A stretch of 40,179 bases of DNA, taken from IMG/VR virus record IMGVR_UViG_3300032239_000537, positions 1-40,179 of that record, one strand, 5' to 3'. This document shows positions 8,022 to 15,712 of this stretch, piece by piece. The position numbers and the translations under genes were made by a program. Each line of letters begins with the position of its first letter. Position 1 is the stretch's first letter. Source of the DNA: a virus. Its lineage: Duplodnaviria; Caudoviricetes. Under the pieces are notes generated by a model. That model worked only from the letters and a program-made list of their open reading frames with translations. It was not told where the DNA came from and ran no database searches.

Positions 8022-8267
8022 TTATGCGGCCTCGATGGTGCGGAGTGATGAACGGATCTGCGCGGCACGCGCCATTCGCTCGGCAGCGTCCGGGCGCATA
8101 AACCAAGGCAGGGCGGCGTTCTCTTCTGCTCGCAAGCGCGCGTATCGCGCTCGCTGATAGGCCCGGCTGCACGACATGCACTCGTGTTGTTTGCCGTCTC
8201 GCTGCGATGCGTTTGCGTAAAAGTCTCTCGGCGACTTTTGCTGCCCGCAGGTCTTACAAGTCTTCAT
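8022..8267 (-). CDS. Zinc-finger protein (81 aa) resembling the N-terminal domain of phage HNH/EndoVII endonucleases
   Basis: KTCKTCGQQK...FY...DG...CMSC; GGAGA RBS; no nuclease domain. Confidence 0.7.
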   Translation of the reverse strand: MKTCKTCGQQKSPRDFYANASQRDGKQHECMSCSRAYQRARYARLRAEENAALPWFMRPDAAERMARAAQIRSSLRTIEAA

Positions 8268-8278
8268 GGCGTCTCTCC

Positions 8279-8305
8279 AAAAAAAGGGCGGTGTCAGTCC
8301 CGCCC
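8279..8305 (-). terminator. Intrinsic terminator
   Basis: GGGCGG-gactgaca-CCGCCC followed by T7 on the minus strand; abuts the box at 8306-8319. Confidence 0.8.
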
Positions 8306-8326
8306 AGTAGCGCACTACTTATCGAC

Positions 8327-8881
8327 TCAAAAAGGAATGTCGCTCACGTCAATTTCGACTTCTTCCTTCACGATCTGGTTCTGCAAGCGCTTGAGAATCC
8401 ATTCAGGCAGCGTGCGGTACACATCGTCCGCGTCTTCGCGGTCAGGGTCGTAGATGATCGGCGAGCCGACGAGCGAAGGCTTGTCCATGCCCGACGGGAT
8501 CGGCGCGAGGTTCTTGACGTTCGCGTAAACCCGGTCACCGCTTGGGTTATGAACGACCTGAATGAACACCGGCTTACCCACGAGCGTCGTGAGGTCGAGG
8601 TCGTATGCCTCCTGCTCGGACTTGAACGGCGCTCCGCGCCACGATTCGAGCCACTGGCGCAGCGTTGCCTTCTTGCCGATAGAGGCCGTCACGCGGGCGC
8701 TCACGTCGGCAGGCGTGCCGTCATCGCGCTTCACGTCGGAGAGTTCAAACACGAACAGGATCTCGTGACGCGGCGCGAACTTCGCGCTCGGCTGCATGCC
8801 GAGGTCCACGACCGCTTGCAAGACGCCGCGGTGAAAGCCTGCGGGGGCAAGCGGGGCAGAGTTTGGTTTGGCTATTTTCAT
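8327..8881 (-). CDS. Putative ssDNA-binding/replication protein (NGO0469-like)
   Basis: VVDLGMQ...KATLRQWLESWRG...YANV core and an acidic tail ending DVSDIPF, typical of SSB-type tails. Confidence 0.7.
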   Translation of the reverse strand: MKIAKPNSAPLAPAGFHRGVLQAVVDLGMQPSAKFAPRHEILFVFELSDVKRDDGTPADVSARVTASIGKKATLRQWLESWRGAPFKSEQEAYDLDLTTLVGKPVFIQVVHNPSGDRVYANVKNLAPIPSGMDKPSLVGSPIIYDPDREDADDVYRTLPEWILKRLQNQIVKEEVEIDVSDIPF

Positions 8882-8894
8882 AGGTTTCCTTGTT

Positions 8895-9149
8895 TCAGTT
8901 AAAGATGTCGATCGGCGGCTTCTTCACGTCCGCCTTCATAAACTCGTCCATGAACTCAACGCCCTCGACGCCCTGCAGCACGAACCGCTCCGCGACGGAG
9001 TAGATGGCCTTGATGTCAGAGTCATTCGGGAGGTCTTTCATCACCGTCATCCACTTGAGCAGCAACGCGTCGGCCATTGAGTTGCGCTTGATCAGCGCAA
9101 AGACCCTGACGTCGGGTTGCAAGTCAGCAAACGTCGTTGGTTTCTTCAC
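8895..9149 (-). CDS. Hypothetical protein (84 aa)
   Basis: GTG at 9149 overlaps the upstream TGA; AGGGG RBS. Confidence 0.6.
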   Translation of the reverse strand: MKKPTTFADLQPDVRVFALIKRNSMADALLLKWMTVMKDLPNDSDIKAIYSVAERFVLQGVEGVEFMDEFMKADVKKPPIDIFN

Positions 9150-9295
9150 AGCGTTTCCCCTTCCATCGAATCCATCCACGCCTTCATCGCAACGGCGATC
9201 ACCAACGGGACGCCGATTGCCATCACCAACGTAAACGCGGTGACCGTGTAAAACCCAATAACAGCGCCGAGCGTCATCGACGCCGTCGCCTTCAT
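9146..9295 (-). CDS. Small membrane protein (49 aa)
   Basis: Long hydrophobic stretch. Start placed at ATG 9295 because the longer ORF runs through a terminator and a box. Confidence 0.5.
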   Translation of the reverse strand: MKATASMTLGAVIGFYTVTAFTLVMAIGVPLVIAVAMKAWMDSMEGETL

Positions 9296-9329
9296 CGAGC
9301 GAAGTAGTTTACTACTTACCCGGGGCAAT

Positions 9330-9353
9330 AAAAAGGAGGCCGAAGCCCCTCCT
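9330..9353 (-). terminator. Intrinsic terminator (tL1 position)
   Basis: AGGAGG-GGCTTCGG-CCTCCT followed by a T-tract on the minus strand. Confidence 0.8.
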
Positions 9354-9363
9354 GCTGATTCCT

Positions 9364-9600
9364 TCATGCGACACCTCTCGGTCCGCTGTTCGCCTTGATT
9401 TGATCGAAGGCCGCGATCATGTCATCCACCTTAGCGAGCGTATCGAGCCGTTCCTGCAGGTGGGGTTCTATCGGGAGGAACGAGCCCATTCTAAACAGTG
9501 CCTCGTTCTCCGCCCTCGTCAGTTTTCTTCGCATCAACCTCAGCGTTTCGATGTCGAGAGTCGCCGGTAGTTCGTTAGCAGTGAGCCGTGCTTTATGCAT
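9364..9600 (-). CDS. Hypothetical protein, first gene of the PL operon
   Basis: GGAGA RBS; lies between the PL-like promoter and a terminator. Confidence 0.7.
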   Translation of the reverse strand: MHKARLTANELPATLDIETLRLMRRKLTRAENEALFRMGSFLPIEPHLQERLDTLAKVDDMIAAFDQIKANSGPRGVA

Positions 9601-9624
9601 GTTTTCTCCACTAAATTAAGTTCG

Positions 9625-9666
9625 ACTCTACGGCTATGAAAATCCTTAGTCAAGTATTTTGCTTCT
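9625..9666 (-). promoter_or_regulatory. PL-like sigma70 promoter TTGACT-17-TAGAGT with a degenerate box (9653-9666)
   Basis: -35 at 9648-9653, -10 at 9625-9630. Confidence 0.75.
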
Positions 9667-9694
9667 TTTTCGTTAAGTGTTTGTAATTATGGGA

Positions 9695-10054
9695 TCATTT
9701 TTTGACGCTTGACGAAGCCAAGCGCCGGGCCGTGGTCTCAAGGAGCCTGCGGCCTGACTCGTCGCTGCCAATCCAACACGCGACCAAGTGCGCGAGCCGC
9801 GTGACGTCAGGCGCGTGCTCGTCATGCACGCCGGGCATCATCAGGGCCCAGCCGGGAATCATCAGCGCTTGACCGATTCTTTCGACCACCTCGATGCTGC
9901 TGCTCGTGCGCTGATTCGTTGCGTTATTGATGTGTTTTTGGCTGACGCCTGCGCGACGCGCTAACTCAGTTTCGCTAAGTGCGTTATCTATCAAGTGTCT
10001 CTTGATATTCCGGGCAAGCGTTTCTCTCGCCTCCGGGCATGTTGCTTTAGCCAT
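9695..10054 (-). CDS. XRE-family HTH repressor (CI-like, no S24 peptidase domain)
   Basis: LARNIKRHL...LSETELARRAGVSQKHINN...IGQAL; located at the divergence point; GGGAG RBS. Confidence 0.85.
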   Translation of the reverse strand: MAKATCPEARETLARNIKRHLIDNALSETELARRAGVSQKHINNATNQRTSSSIEVVERIGQALMIPGWALMMPGVHDEHAPDVTRLAHLVACWIGSDESGRRLLETTARRLASSSVKK

Positions 10055-10191
10055 CTATGTCTCCCGTCCTTGTTTTTGGGTGCAATTCCATTGCTACCTG
10101 ATAACGTAATCACGGGCATTAGTACTTCACTGCTCGACGAAAAACAAGTAGGGCGATTTAGCAGTACAACACGATCTGCTAATCAGGCCGC

Positions 10192-10220
10192 TTGCGTAAG
10201 TAGCGAAAGACTTGTAACCT
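10192..10220 (+). promoter_or_regulatory. PR-like promoter TTGCGT-17-TAACCT with box AGTAGCGAAAGACT in the spacer
   Basis: -35 at 10192-10197, -10 at 10215-10220, box at 10199-10212; a second degenerate box lies at 10121-10134. Confidence 0.65.
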
Positions 10221-10226
10221 ACGCAT

Positions 10227-10440
10227 AGGTGGTCTAGCCACCGGTGGCGGGGTGAACCCGGTGAGGCCACGGAAGAGAACGCCGAAGTCACCGGGCTGCG
10301 TTGCGACGCCGACCGACGGGTCAGTTCCCGCGGGGCCGAGTAGCAGACTACTCACACCACACCTTCGCGGCGTTAAGCCTGCGGGGGGTGGGGGGGTTCT
10401 GCCTGCTCAGCCTCCCTCGGGGTCAGCGGGTCTAGCGAGT
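10227..10440 (+). ncRNA. Candidate structured leader RNA / origin transcript
   Basis: Consecutive hairpins and a G6-T-G7 tract between PR and the first credible CDS; no known family recognised. Confidence 0.4.
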
Positions 10441-10497
10441 TCAGCGTGATGTCTTAGAGGATGCGAACGCTTGTCAAAACGCGACACCGGAGGGCAG

Positions 10498-10740
10498 ATG
10501 GCACGCAAGCCGAAAGTGCTGAAGCGAACAATACGCTACGAGTACGAGACTCCTTACCACGTTACTGATGACGAGTTCCTGCTAGCCGATGACGGCTCGC
10601 TTGAGTGCTGCTCGTGCGGCCTTGTGCACACCGTCAGTTACCGGCTCGATAACGGAAAGATTTACGTGTCGATGACGGTCGACGAGAAAGCCACGAAGGC
10701 CGCGCGTCACGAGCGCATCGAGAAGGAACCCGTGCGATGA
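10498..10740 (+). CDS. Small protein with a CCxCGLVH motif (80 aa)
   Basis: GGAGG RBS before ATG 10498. Confidence 0.7.
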   Translation: MARKPKVLKRTIRYEYETPYHVTDDEFLLADDGSLECCSCGLVHTVSYRLDNGKIYVSMTVDEKATKAARHERIEKEPVR

Positions 10741-11126
10741 ACGCCATCGAGGGGCTGAACTCCATTCGCTACCGCAGGCCGCTGCCGGGCGCGTCGCAGT
10801 TCGACCGCGCTAACCCGTGGTGCTTTGTAGGCACGAGGGCCGGGATCATGCGGTCACGTAACCGTCGCGGGGCTCTTGTGGCACCCGTGGACGCGGATCC
10901 ACAGACGTTCGAGTGGCCCGTGAAGGGGCTAAGCGTGTTTGTGGTAAACGACGCGGGCCCAGAGCAGGCAGGCAACAAGATAGGCGAGGCCATGATTCGC
11001 GACGGCGCGGAGTTGGTCGTGGTCTCGACGATGAAAGGCGATCAACTTGTCGCGCACCGTTACATGTACGGCCGCGCTCATCCATCCGTGGCACAACTGG
11101 AAGCAAACAATGAACCACTTTTCTGA
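10737..11126 (+). CDS. Hypothetical protein (129 aa)
   Basis: ATGA coupling; AAGGA RBS. Confidence 0.7.
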   Translation: MNAIEGLNSIRYRRPLPGASQFDRANPWCFVGTRAGIMRSRNRRGALVAPVDADPQTFEWPVKGLSVFVVNDAGPEQAGNKIGEAMIRDGAELVVVSTMKGDQLVAHRYMYGRAHPSVAQLEANNEPLF

Positions 11127-11454
11127 CACGCCGACAGACTCAGGCTATTACGACGAGGGCGGCATTAGCGCCTACGAGTACATCGTCGCAAAGGATCTTA
11201 ACTTTGCGTTGGGCAACGTGATCAAGTACGTGAGCCGTGCAGGCAAGAAGAACGCGGCCACTCACCTTGAGGACCTGAAGAAGGCCCGGTGGTACTTGCA
11301 GGCGGAGATCGACCGCGTCGAGATCGCCATCGAAGACGGCGAGATTGAGTTTGCAGACGATGACGCCGACGAGGAACAGCGATTCATTCACGGCGACGAG
11401 GTCCCTCTTCATGTCAAAGAATTCCTGCGACGCTCGATGCGTGATGCAGGTTGA
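11110..11454 (+). CDS. DUF3310 family protein (related to T7 gp1.7 nucleotide kinase)
   Basis: FALGNVIKYVSRAGKK...EDLKKARWYL signature; start ATG 11110. Confidence 0.88.
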   Translation: MNHFSDTPTDSGYYDEGGISAYEYIVAKDLNFALGNVIKYVSRAGKKNAATHLEDLKKARWYLQAEIDRVEIAIEDGEIEFADDDADEEQRFIHGDEVPLHVKEFLRRSMRDAG

Positions 11455-11486
11455 ATTGACTCGCGGTAAGTAGTACGCTACTCGTC
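11451..11486 (+). promoter_or_regulatory. Candidate promoter TTGAAT-17-TACGCT with box AGTAGTACGCTACT over the -10
   Basis: -35 at 11451-11456, -10 at 11474-11479, box at 11469-11482; the ATG lies 7 nt after the -10. Confidence 0.6.
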
Positions 11487-13010
11487 ATGGGTTTCTCACT
11501 CAGGCCATATCAGCACCGGGCGGTTGAAGAAGTCGAGCGTCTTTGGGCGCAGGGACTCCGCTCGGTGCTTCTGGTCGCGCCTACCGGCGCAGGCAAGACC
11601 GTCATAGCCGCGGAGATGATTCACCGCGCGGAGGCGCGCCACGAGCGCGTTCTGTTCTTGGCACCGCGCCGCGAGTTGATCGCGCAGGCCGCGGAGAAAC
11701 TCGATCACGTGGGAGTGAACTTCGGCGTGCTGCTAGCGGGCGCGGGCGGACAGTCTTTAACGAGCCGCGTTCAGGTGGCGAGCATCGACACGATGATCAG
11801 CCGCGTGCTGACGCGCAAGAAACTCTCGTTCGAGTTCGACGTGATCCTGATTGACGAGGCTCACATCGGCGTGACGAGCGACGCCCGCAAGCGACTGCTA
11901 GCGCTGTGGCCCGCGGCCCGCATCGTCGGCCTCACGGCCACGCCTACGCGCTCCGACGGCAAGGCGATGGGCTGCCTCTACGACGAACTGGTCGAGGTGA
12001 CCACGCCCGCCGAGTTGGTGCACGAGGGCTTCTTGGTGCCCGCTCGCTACTTCAGCGTCAGCAAGCCTGACCTGAGCCGCGTGCGGACCACGGCGGGCGA
12101 CTACAACGCGCGGGATCTAGACGAGACGATGAACAAGCCGCGCCTCGTGGGCGACATCGTGCAGCACTGGCTCGAACACGCCAACGACCGGCGCACGGTC
12201 GTGTTTGCCACCTCTATCGGTCACTCGGTGGCGCTTGCTCAAGAGTTTATTCAATCAGGCGTGGCCGCCGAGCACGTGAGCGCAGAGACGCCGCAGGCCG
12301 AGCGCGACGCCATCATCAAGAGGTTCAGGAATGGAACAACTCAAGTCCTTACTAACGCGGTTCTTGCAAGCATCGGCTTCGACGTGCCAGACGTGTCGTG
12401 CGTGGTTATCGCCAGACCCACGAAGAGCGTGGGCCTATACCTGCAGATGCTTGGACGCGGCCTGCGGCCGAGTAGAGGAAAGGCTGATTGTCTGGTCCTT
12501 GACCACGCGGGCGTGGTGGTTCGCCACGGCTTCGCGACTGACGAGCGCTTTTGGACGCTTCACGGGCAGTACGCGCAAGACCTGACCAAGGTACAGCGGG
12601 CGAAGGCGGAGCGCGAAAAGAAAGAAGAGAAGGATCTGGAGTGCCCGCAATGCCAGTACATGTGGCGCGGCGGTATCACGTGCCCCAACTGCAACTTCAC
12701 GTTTCCGCCTAAGGCAAAGCCTTTCACCGTCGCTCAGGGAAAGTTGATTGAACTCAACGCGAGCCCGACCAAGACGCAGTGGACGCCTGACAAGAAGAAG
12801 CAGTTCTACATGGAACTGTACGCGTACGCGCTGATGCGTAACTGGAAACTCGGCGCGGCCGCTCACAAGTACAAGAGCCGGTTCGGTGACTGGCCCGAGT
12901 GGGGTTGGCACGGCGAGGCAGAGAAGACGATGGGCGCGGAGCCATCACTGGAGACCATCCGATGGATCAAGTCACAACAGATAGCGTTCAGCAAAGCGAG
13001 GGCACGTTAG
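11487..13010 (+). CDS. SF2 DEAH-box helicase with C-terminal zinc finger (RadD/YejH-like)
   Basis: LRPYQ, APTGAGKT, DEAH, TAT and QMLGRGLR motifs; CPQC...CPNC. Confidence 0.93.
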   Translation: MGFSLRPYQHRAVEEVERLWAQGLRSVLLVAPTGAGKTVIAAEMIHRAEARHERVLFLAPRRELIAQAAEKLDHVGVNFGVLLAGAGGQSLTSRVQVASIDTMISRVLTRKKLSFEFDVILIDEAHIGVTSDARKRLLALWPAARIVGLTATPTRSDGKAMGCLYDELVEVTTPAELVHEGFLVPARYFSVSKPDLSRVRTTAGDYNARDLDETMNKPRLVGDIVQHWLEHANDRRTVVFATSIGHSVALAQEFIQSGVAAEHVSAETPQAERDAIIKRFRNGTTQVLTNAVLASIGFDVPDVSCVVIARPTKSVGLYLQMLGRGLRPSRGKADCLVLDHAGVVVRHGFATDERFWTLHGQYAQDLTKVQRAKAEREKKEEKDLECPQCQYMWRGGITCPNCNFTFPPKAKPFTVAQGKLIELNASPTKTQWTPDKKKQFYMELYAYALMRNWKLGAAAHKYKSRFGDWPEWGWHGEAEKTMGAEPSLETIRWIKSQQIAFSKARAR

Positions 13011-13303
13011 ATGAAGCGCGTGAAGTTATCAGGACACAAGAGCAAGAACTCGGCGCGCTCATCGACGCCATCAAGCGGCGAGGAGGCAAGGTCAAGTGGA
13101 TCGGCTACGGAGGCCGAGAGATCGGCAGGCTCGCCGAGCCTTCAGGCCCGCCGCCGCGGTTTGCCCCGAGGCTCCACGACCACGTCCCGGGCGAAGTCTC
13201 AAAGGTCCTCTCCGGTGAAGCGCTCAAGCGCGCGGCCGAAGATCACGCAGCAAAGCACGGCCGAGGAGAACTTCGAGCGGGCGCTGCAAAGCGCAGGCGT
13301 TGA
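12962..13303 (+). CDS. Hypothetical protein (113 aa, MDQVTTDS...)
   Basis: GGAG RBS 7 nt before ATG 12962; more protein-like than the Ser/Arg-rich overlapping frame. Confidence 0.45.
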   Translation: MDQVTTDSVQQSEGTLDEAREVIRTQEQELGALIDAIKRRGGKVKWIGYGGREIGRLAEPSGPPPRFAPRLHDHVPGEVSKVLSGEALKRAAEDHAAKHGRGELRAGAAKRRR

Positions 13304-13619
13304 CATTGACCAGAGGCAATTCAAGTTTCATGCAACACGCAAGTGGCGATTCGATTTCGCGTGGCCGCAATTCATGCTTGCGGTCGAGATTGACGGCGGC
13401 ATTTTCAGCCGCGGCCGACACGTTAGCCCGGGCGGCTTCATCGCTGATTGCGAAAAAACCAACGCAGCGGCTCTGGATGGGTGGACGGTGCTGCGCTTCC
13501 CGGTAGTGGGCGGCATGGAGCAGATGAACAAGAACGCGCTGATCGTCAGGAACGCGTTAGCGGACGCGAAGGTGATCAGCGCGCTGATGGCTACCGTCTT
13601 AGACATACAGCCTGACTAA
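13215..13619 (+). CDS. Vsr/DUF559-like PD-(D/E)XK endonuclease
   Basis: RKWRFDFAWP...AVEIDGG...GRH...DCEK.N.A...GWTVLRF; probable start GTG 13215 (the ORF extends back to 13011). Confidence 0.82.
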   Translation: MKRSSARPKITQQSTAEENFERALQSAGVDIDQRQFKFHATRKWRFDFAWPQFMLAVEIDGGIFSRGRHVSPGGFIADCEKTNAAALDGWTVLRFPVVGGMEQMNKNALIVRNALADAKVISALMATVLDIQPD

Positions 13620-13634
13620 ACATTCTGGACCACT

Positions 13635-13961
13635 ATGAAACTAATCATCGAAGACACCGAGTACGACATTCAAGACGAAGAGCGTCTATCACTAGCCTGT
13701 CACGTGCGCGCGGCGAGACACGCCGAGGGATTCAAGCCAGAAGAGGCGATGAAAGCATACAAGGCGCTGTACGCGGGCGTCACGTTCTTGGCCGCGAAGT
13801 TTGGCGGCTTGGCCGCGTACCTTCAGCAAAGCAAAGACAACGAACTTGACGTGTCGTTCATTTACGAATTCGCGGATTACATCGGCGCAATCGTCGACAT
13901 TCGCTTCACCTTTATGAAGAACGCGGAAGAGGAACTGACGCCTCTCATCGCGCAACCGTAA
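13635..13961 (+). CDS. Hypothetical protein (108 aa)
   Basis: ORF in the operon with a GGA RBS. Confidence 0.65.
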   Translation: MKLIIEDTEYDIQDEERLSLACHVRAARHAEGFKPEEAMKAYKALYAGVTFLAAKFGGLAAYLQQSKDNELDVSFIYEFADYIGAIVDIRFTFMKNAEEELTPLIAQP

Positions 13962-13980
13962 CGAGTAGCAAGGTACTTAC

Positions 13981-14184
13981 ATGAGTTACTACTTCGACGA
14001 AGACCCGGGCGGTCGGCACGAGATGACGATACTGCAGGCGTGCCTGTACCTGCAGATCGTGATGATCATCGGCGAGTTGCTTGATGCGTGGCCGTTTGCA
14101 GGCCTGAGTAAGGCGTGGGTGTTTGCGCCTACCGCGTTCGTGGCCTGCAGGGTGCTGTGGCTGCAGTGGAGGGGGCGCAAGTGA
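13981..14184 (+). CDS. Small two-TM membrane protein
   Basis: Two hydrophobic segments and WVFAP; box at 13964-13977 directly upstream; start may be 14012. Confidence 0.6.
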   Translation: MSYYFDEDPGGRHEMTILQACLYLQIVMIIGELLDAWPFAGLSKAWVFAPTAFVACRVLWLQWRGRK

Positions 14185-14651
14185 GCGTGTGCCCGCGGTG
14201 CAGAAGCAAGAGCAGCGTAGTGCGGACCGAAGAGACCACGGGAGGCACGCGGCGTCGACGAGAGTGTACGAATAGCGCGTGCAGTTTTAGATGGACAACT
14301 CTTGAGCATCAGCAGGAAGGCCTGCCGACCATAGAGCGGCCATCTGAGTTGATCAACGTCGGGTGGACCGCGCGTTTCGGCGAGCAGCGATCAGACGGCC
14401 GCAAGCCGCGCCACCGTGCAGACGCCGAGGCTATCGAGGCCGCGTTCAACGTCGACCGTCGACGCAAGGCCATCAAGGACGAGCAGAGACGCAAGGCCAA
14501 GGAGCAGGCAGACGCCGACGATGGCCGCGGCGTGAGCGCCGACTACTGGTCAACGCCGCCCCGCACGTTAACGCGCGCAGAGTTAGCGTGCGAGTTGCGC
14601 GGTTACTCAGCCTCGCGCGACGAGGAGGGCGACGATGACTGGCAGGCCTAA
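14181..14651 (+). CDS. Zinc-ribbon protein (NrdR N-terminal/Ogr-like), possible transcription regulator
   Basis: CPRC...V.RT...TRRRRECTNSAC.FRWTT.E; GTG 14181 with GGAGG RBS. Confidence 0.7.
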   Translation: MSVCPRCRSKSSVVRTEETTGGTRRRRECTNSACSFRWTTLEHQQEGLPTIERPSELINVGWTARFGEQRSDGRKPRHRADAEAIEAAFNVDRRRKAIKDEQRRKAKEQADADDGRGVSADYWSTPPRTLTRAELACELRGYSASRDEEGDDDWQA

Positions 14652-15159
14652 GCGCGCGGTCAAGCGCCTGACCGAGAGGCTGAAGGATCAGCCTGAGTTC
14701 TTTGACCGGCTGTTCACCTGCATCGCGGGAGGCGGCAACATGCCTGACTACTGCAAGGTCGAAGGCATCCCGTACTCGACGGTGTACGACGCCATCAAGG
14801 CCGACCCGGCGCTGTCTGAGCGGCTGCAGGCCGCGCGCGACCAGAAGGTGGACTGGCACATCGCCCAGATCGAGCAGGTCACGGAGGCCGTGACGCGCGG
14901 CGAGATCGACCCCAAGTCGGCAAGCGTGAGCATCGCTAGCAGGCAGTGGCTAGCCTCGAAGATGAACCCGCGGGCGTGGGGCGAGCGTCAGCAGGTGGAC
15001 GTGGCCGTAACTCACACGCACCAGTTGCACCTCGACGCCATCAGGGCCCTCTCAGCCCGGCGCGAGGCCAAGCGGCTGTCCAAGGTCGAGGCGACGATGA
15101 TCACGGCTCATGGAGTCTCTCAGCGCGTCGAGGCGCACTTGGAGGGCTACGATGAATAA
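14635..15159 (+). CDS. terS: Terminase small subunit (Sf6-like)
   Basis: N-terminal HTH, helical core and RQWLASKMNPRAWGERQQVDV motif; upstream of terL. Confidence 0.82.
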   Translation: MTGRPKRAVKRLTERLKDQPEFFDRLFTCIAGGGNMPDYCKVEGIPYSTVYDAIKADPALSERLQAARDQKVDWHIAQIEQVTEAVTRGEIDPKSASVSIASRQWLASKMNPRAWGERQQVDVAVTHTHQLHLDAIRALSARREAKRLSKVEATMITAHGVSQRVEAHLEGYDE

Positions 15160-15334
15160 CCTGATCGCGGGCTCCGTGCTGCTCTTCGCCGCGTCTCGGC
15201 TGTGGCTGACGCTGATCTCGGCGCGTGACCGTCCGGGTTGGGTGGATGCCATGCTTGTCACGCTGTGCGTCACGCTCGCGGGCTGCGGCCTGCTCGCGCT
15301 GATGGCCGACGTGCGGCTGCCGGGCCTGCGCTGA
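15152..15334 (+). CDS. Small two-TM membrane protein (60 aa)
   Basis: GGAGG RBS; two hydrophobic segments. Confidence 0.55.
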   Translation: MNNLIAGSVLLFAASRLWLTLISARDRPGWVDAMLVTLCVTLAGCGLLALMADVRLPGLR

Positions 15335-15337
15335 TGC

Positions 15338-15558
15338 TGTCCCCTATGTCACATCGCTGCTCCTCTCAGCGGCGCGCTCAGCGCGTCCTACGCGCTATAC
15401 GCGTATCTGCTTGTATATTCGCTGAACAGGAAATACGGCGTAGCGCGCTTAGCACGTTGAGCGTGGGTAGCGCGTTGAGCATGTACAGCGCGTATAGCGC
15501 GCTATACAGGTAAACGCTATGACCCTATGTCCCTATCACCTATGTGTCATAGGGGATG
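15338..15558. repeat. Inverted arrays of 9-bp units bounded by a 13-bp inverted repeat
   Basis: Seven tandem NAGCRYGBN units at 15441-15503 and about four inverted units at 15371-15406. TCCCCTATGTCAC / GTGTCATAGGGGA form the outer inverted repeat; extra CCTAT repeats at 15523-15544. Confidence 0.75.
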
Positions 15559-15685
15559 TTGGCCGGGTTGACCTGCGCCGCGGGCCGCGCCCGGTGTCTC
15601 GCGCGCGCGGTCGGCGCGCTGTCCCGGCCGGGCTGAGTGCGGGCTCTCCTGCATTATCGCTGTCAATAACAACGCGCAACGAACG

Positions 15686-15698
15686 TAAGTCATTGATT
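15686..15698 (-). promoter_or_regulatory. IHF consensus site
   Basis: The minus strand reads AATCAATGACTTA, matching WATCAANNNNTTR. Confidence 0.6.
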
Positions 15699-15712
15699 AC
15701 ATTGAGATCGCG

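Noticed and set aside
10252-10449. 65-aa ORF as a cro gene
   Set aside because: No HTH, low-complexity Pro/Gly/Ser sequence, and it runs through hairpins, a box and the G-tract.
15251-15334. LAGC lipobox suggesting an o-spanin
   Set aside because: The motif sits in the second TM of a 60-aa protein with only ~15 residues after the Cys, far from the lysis genes.
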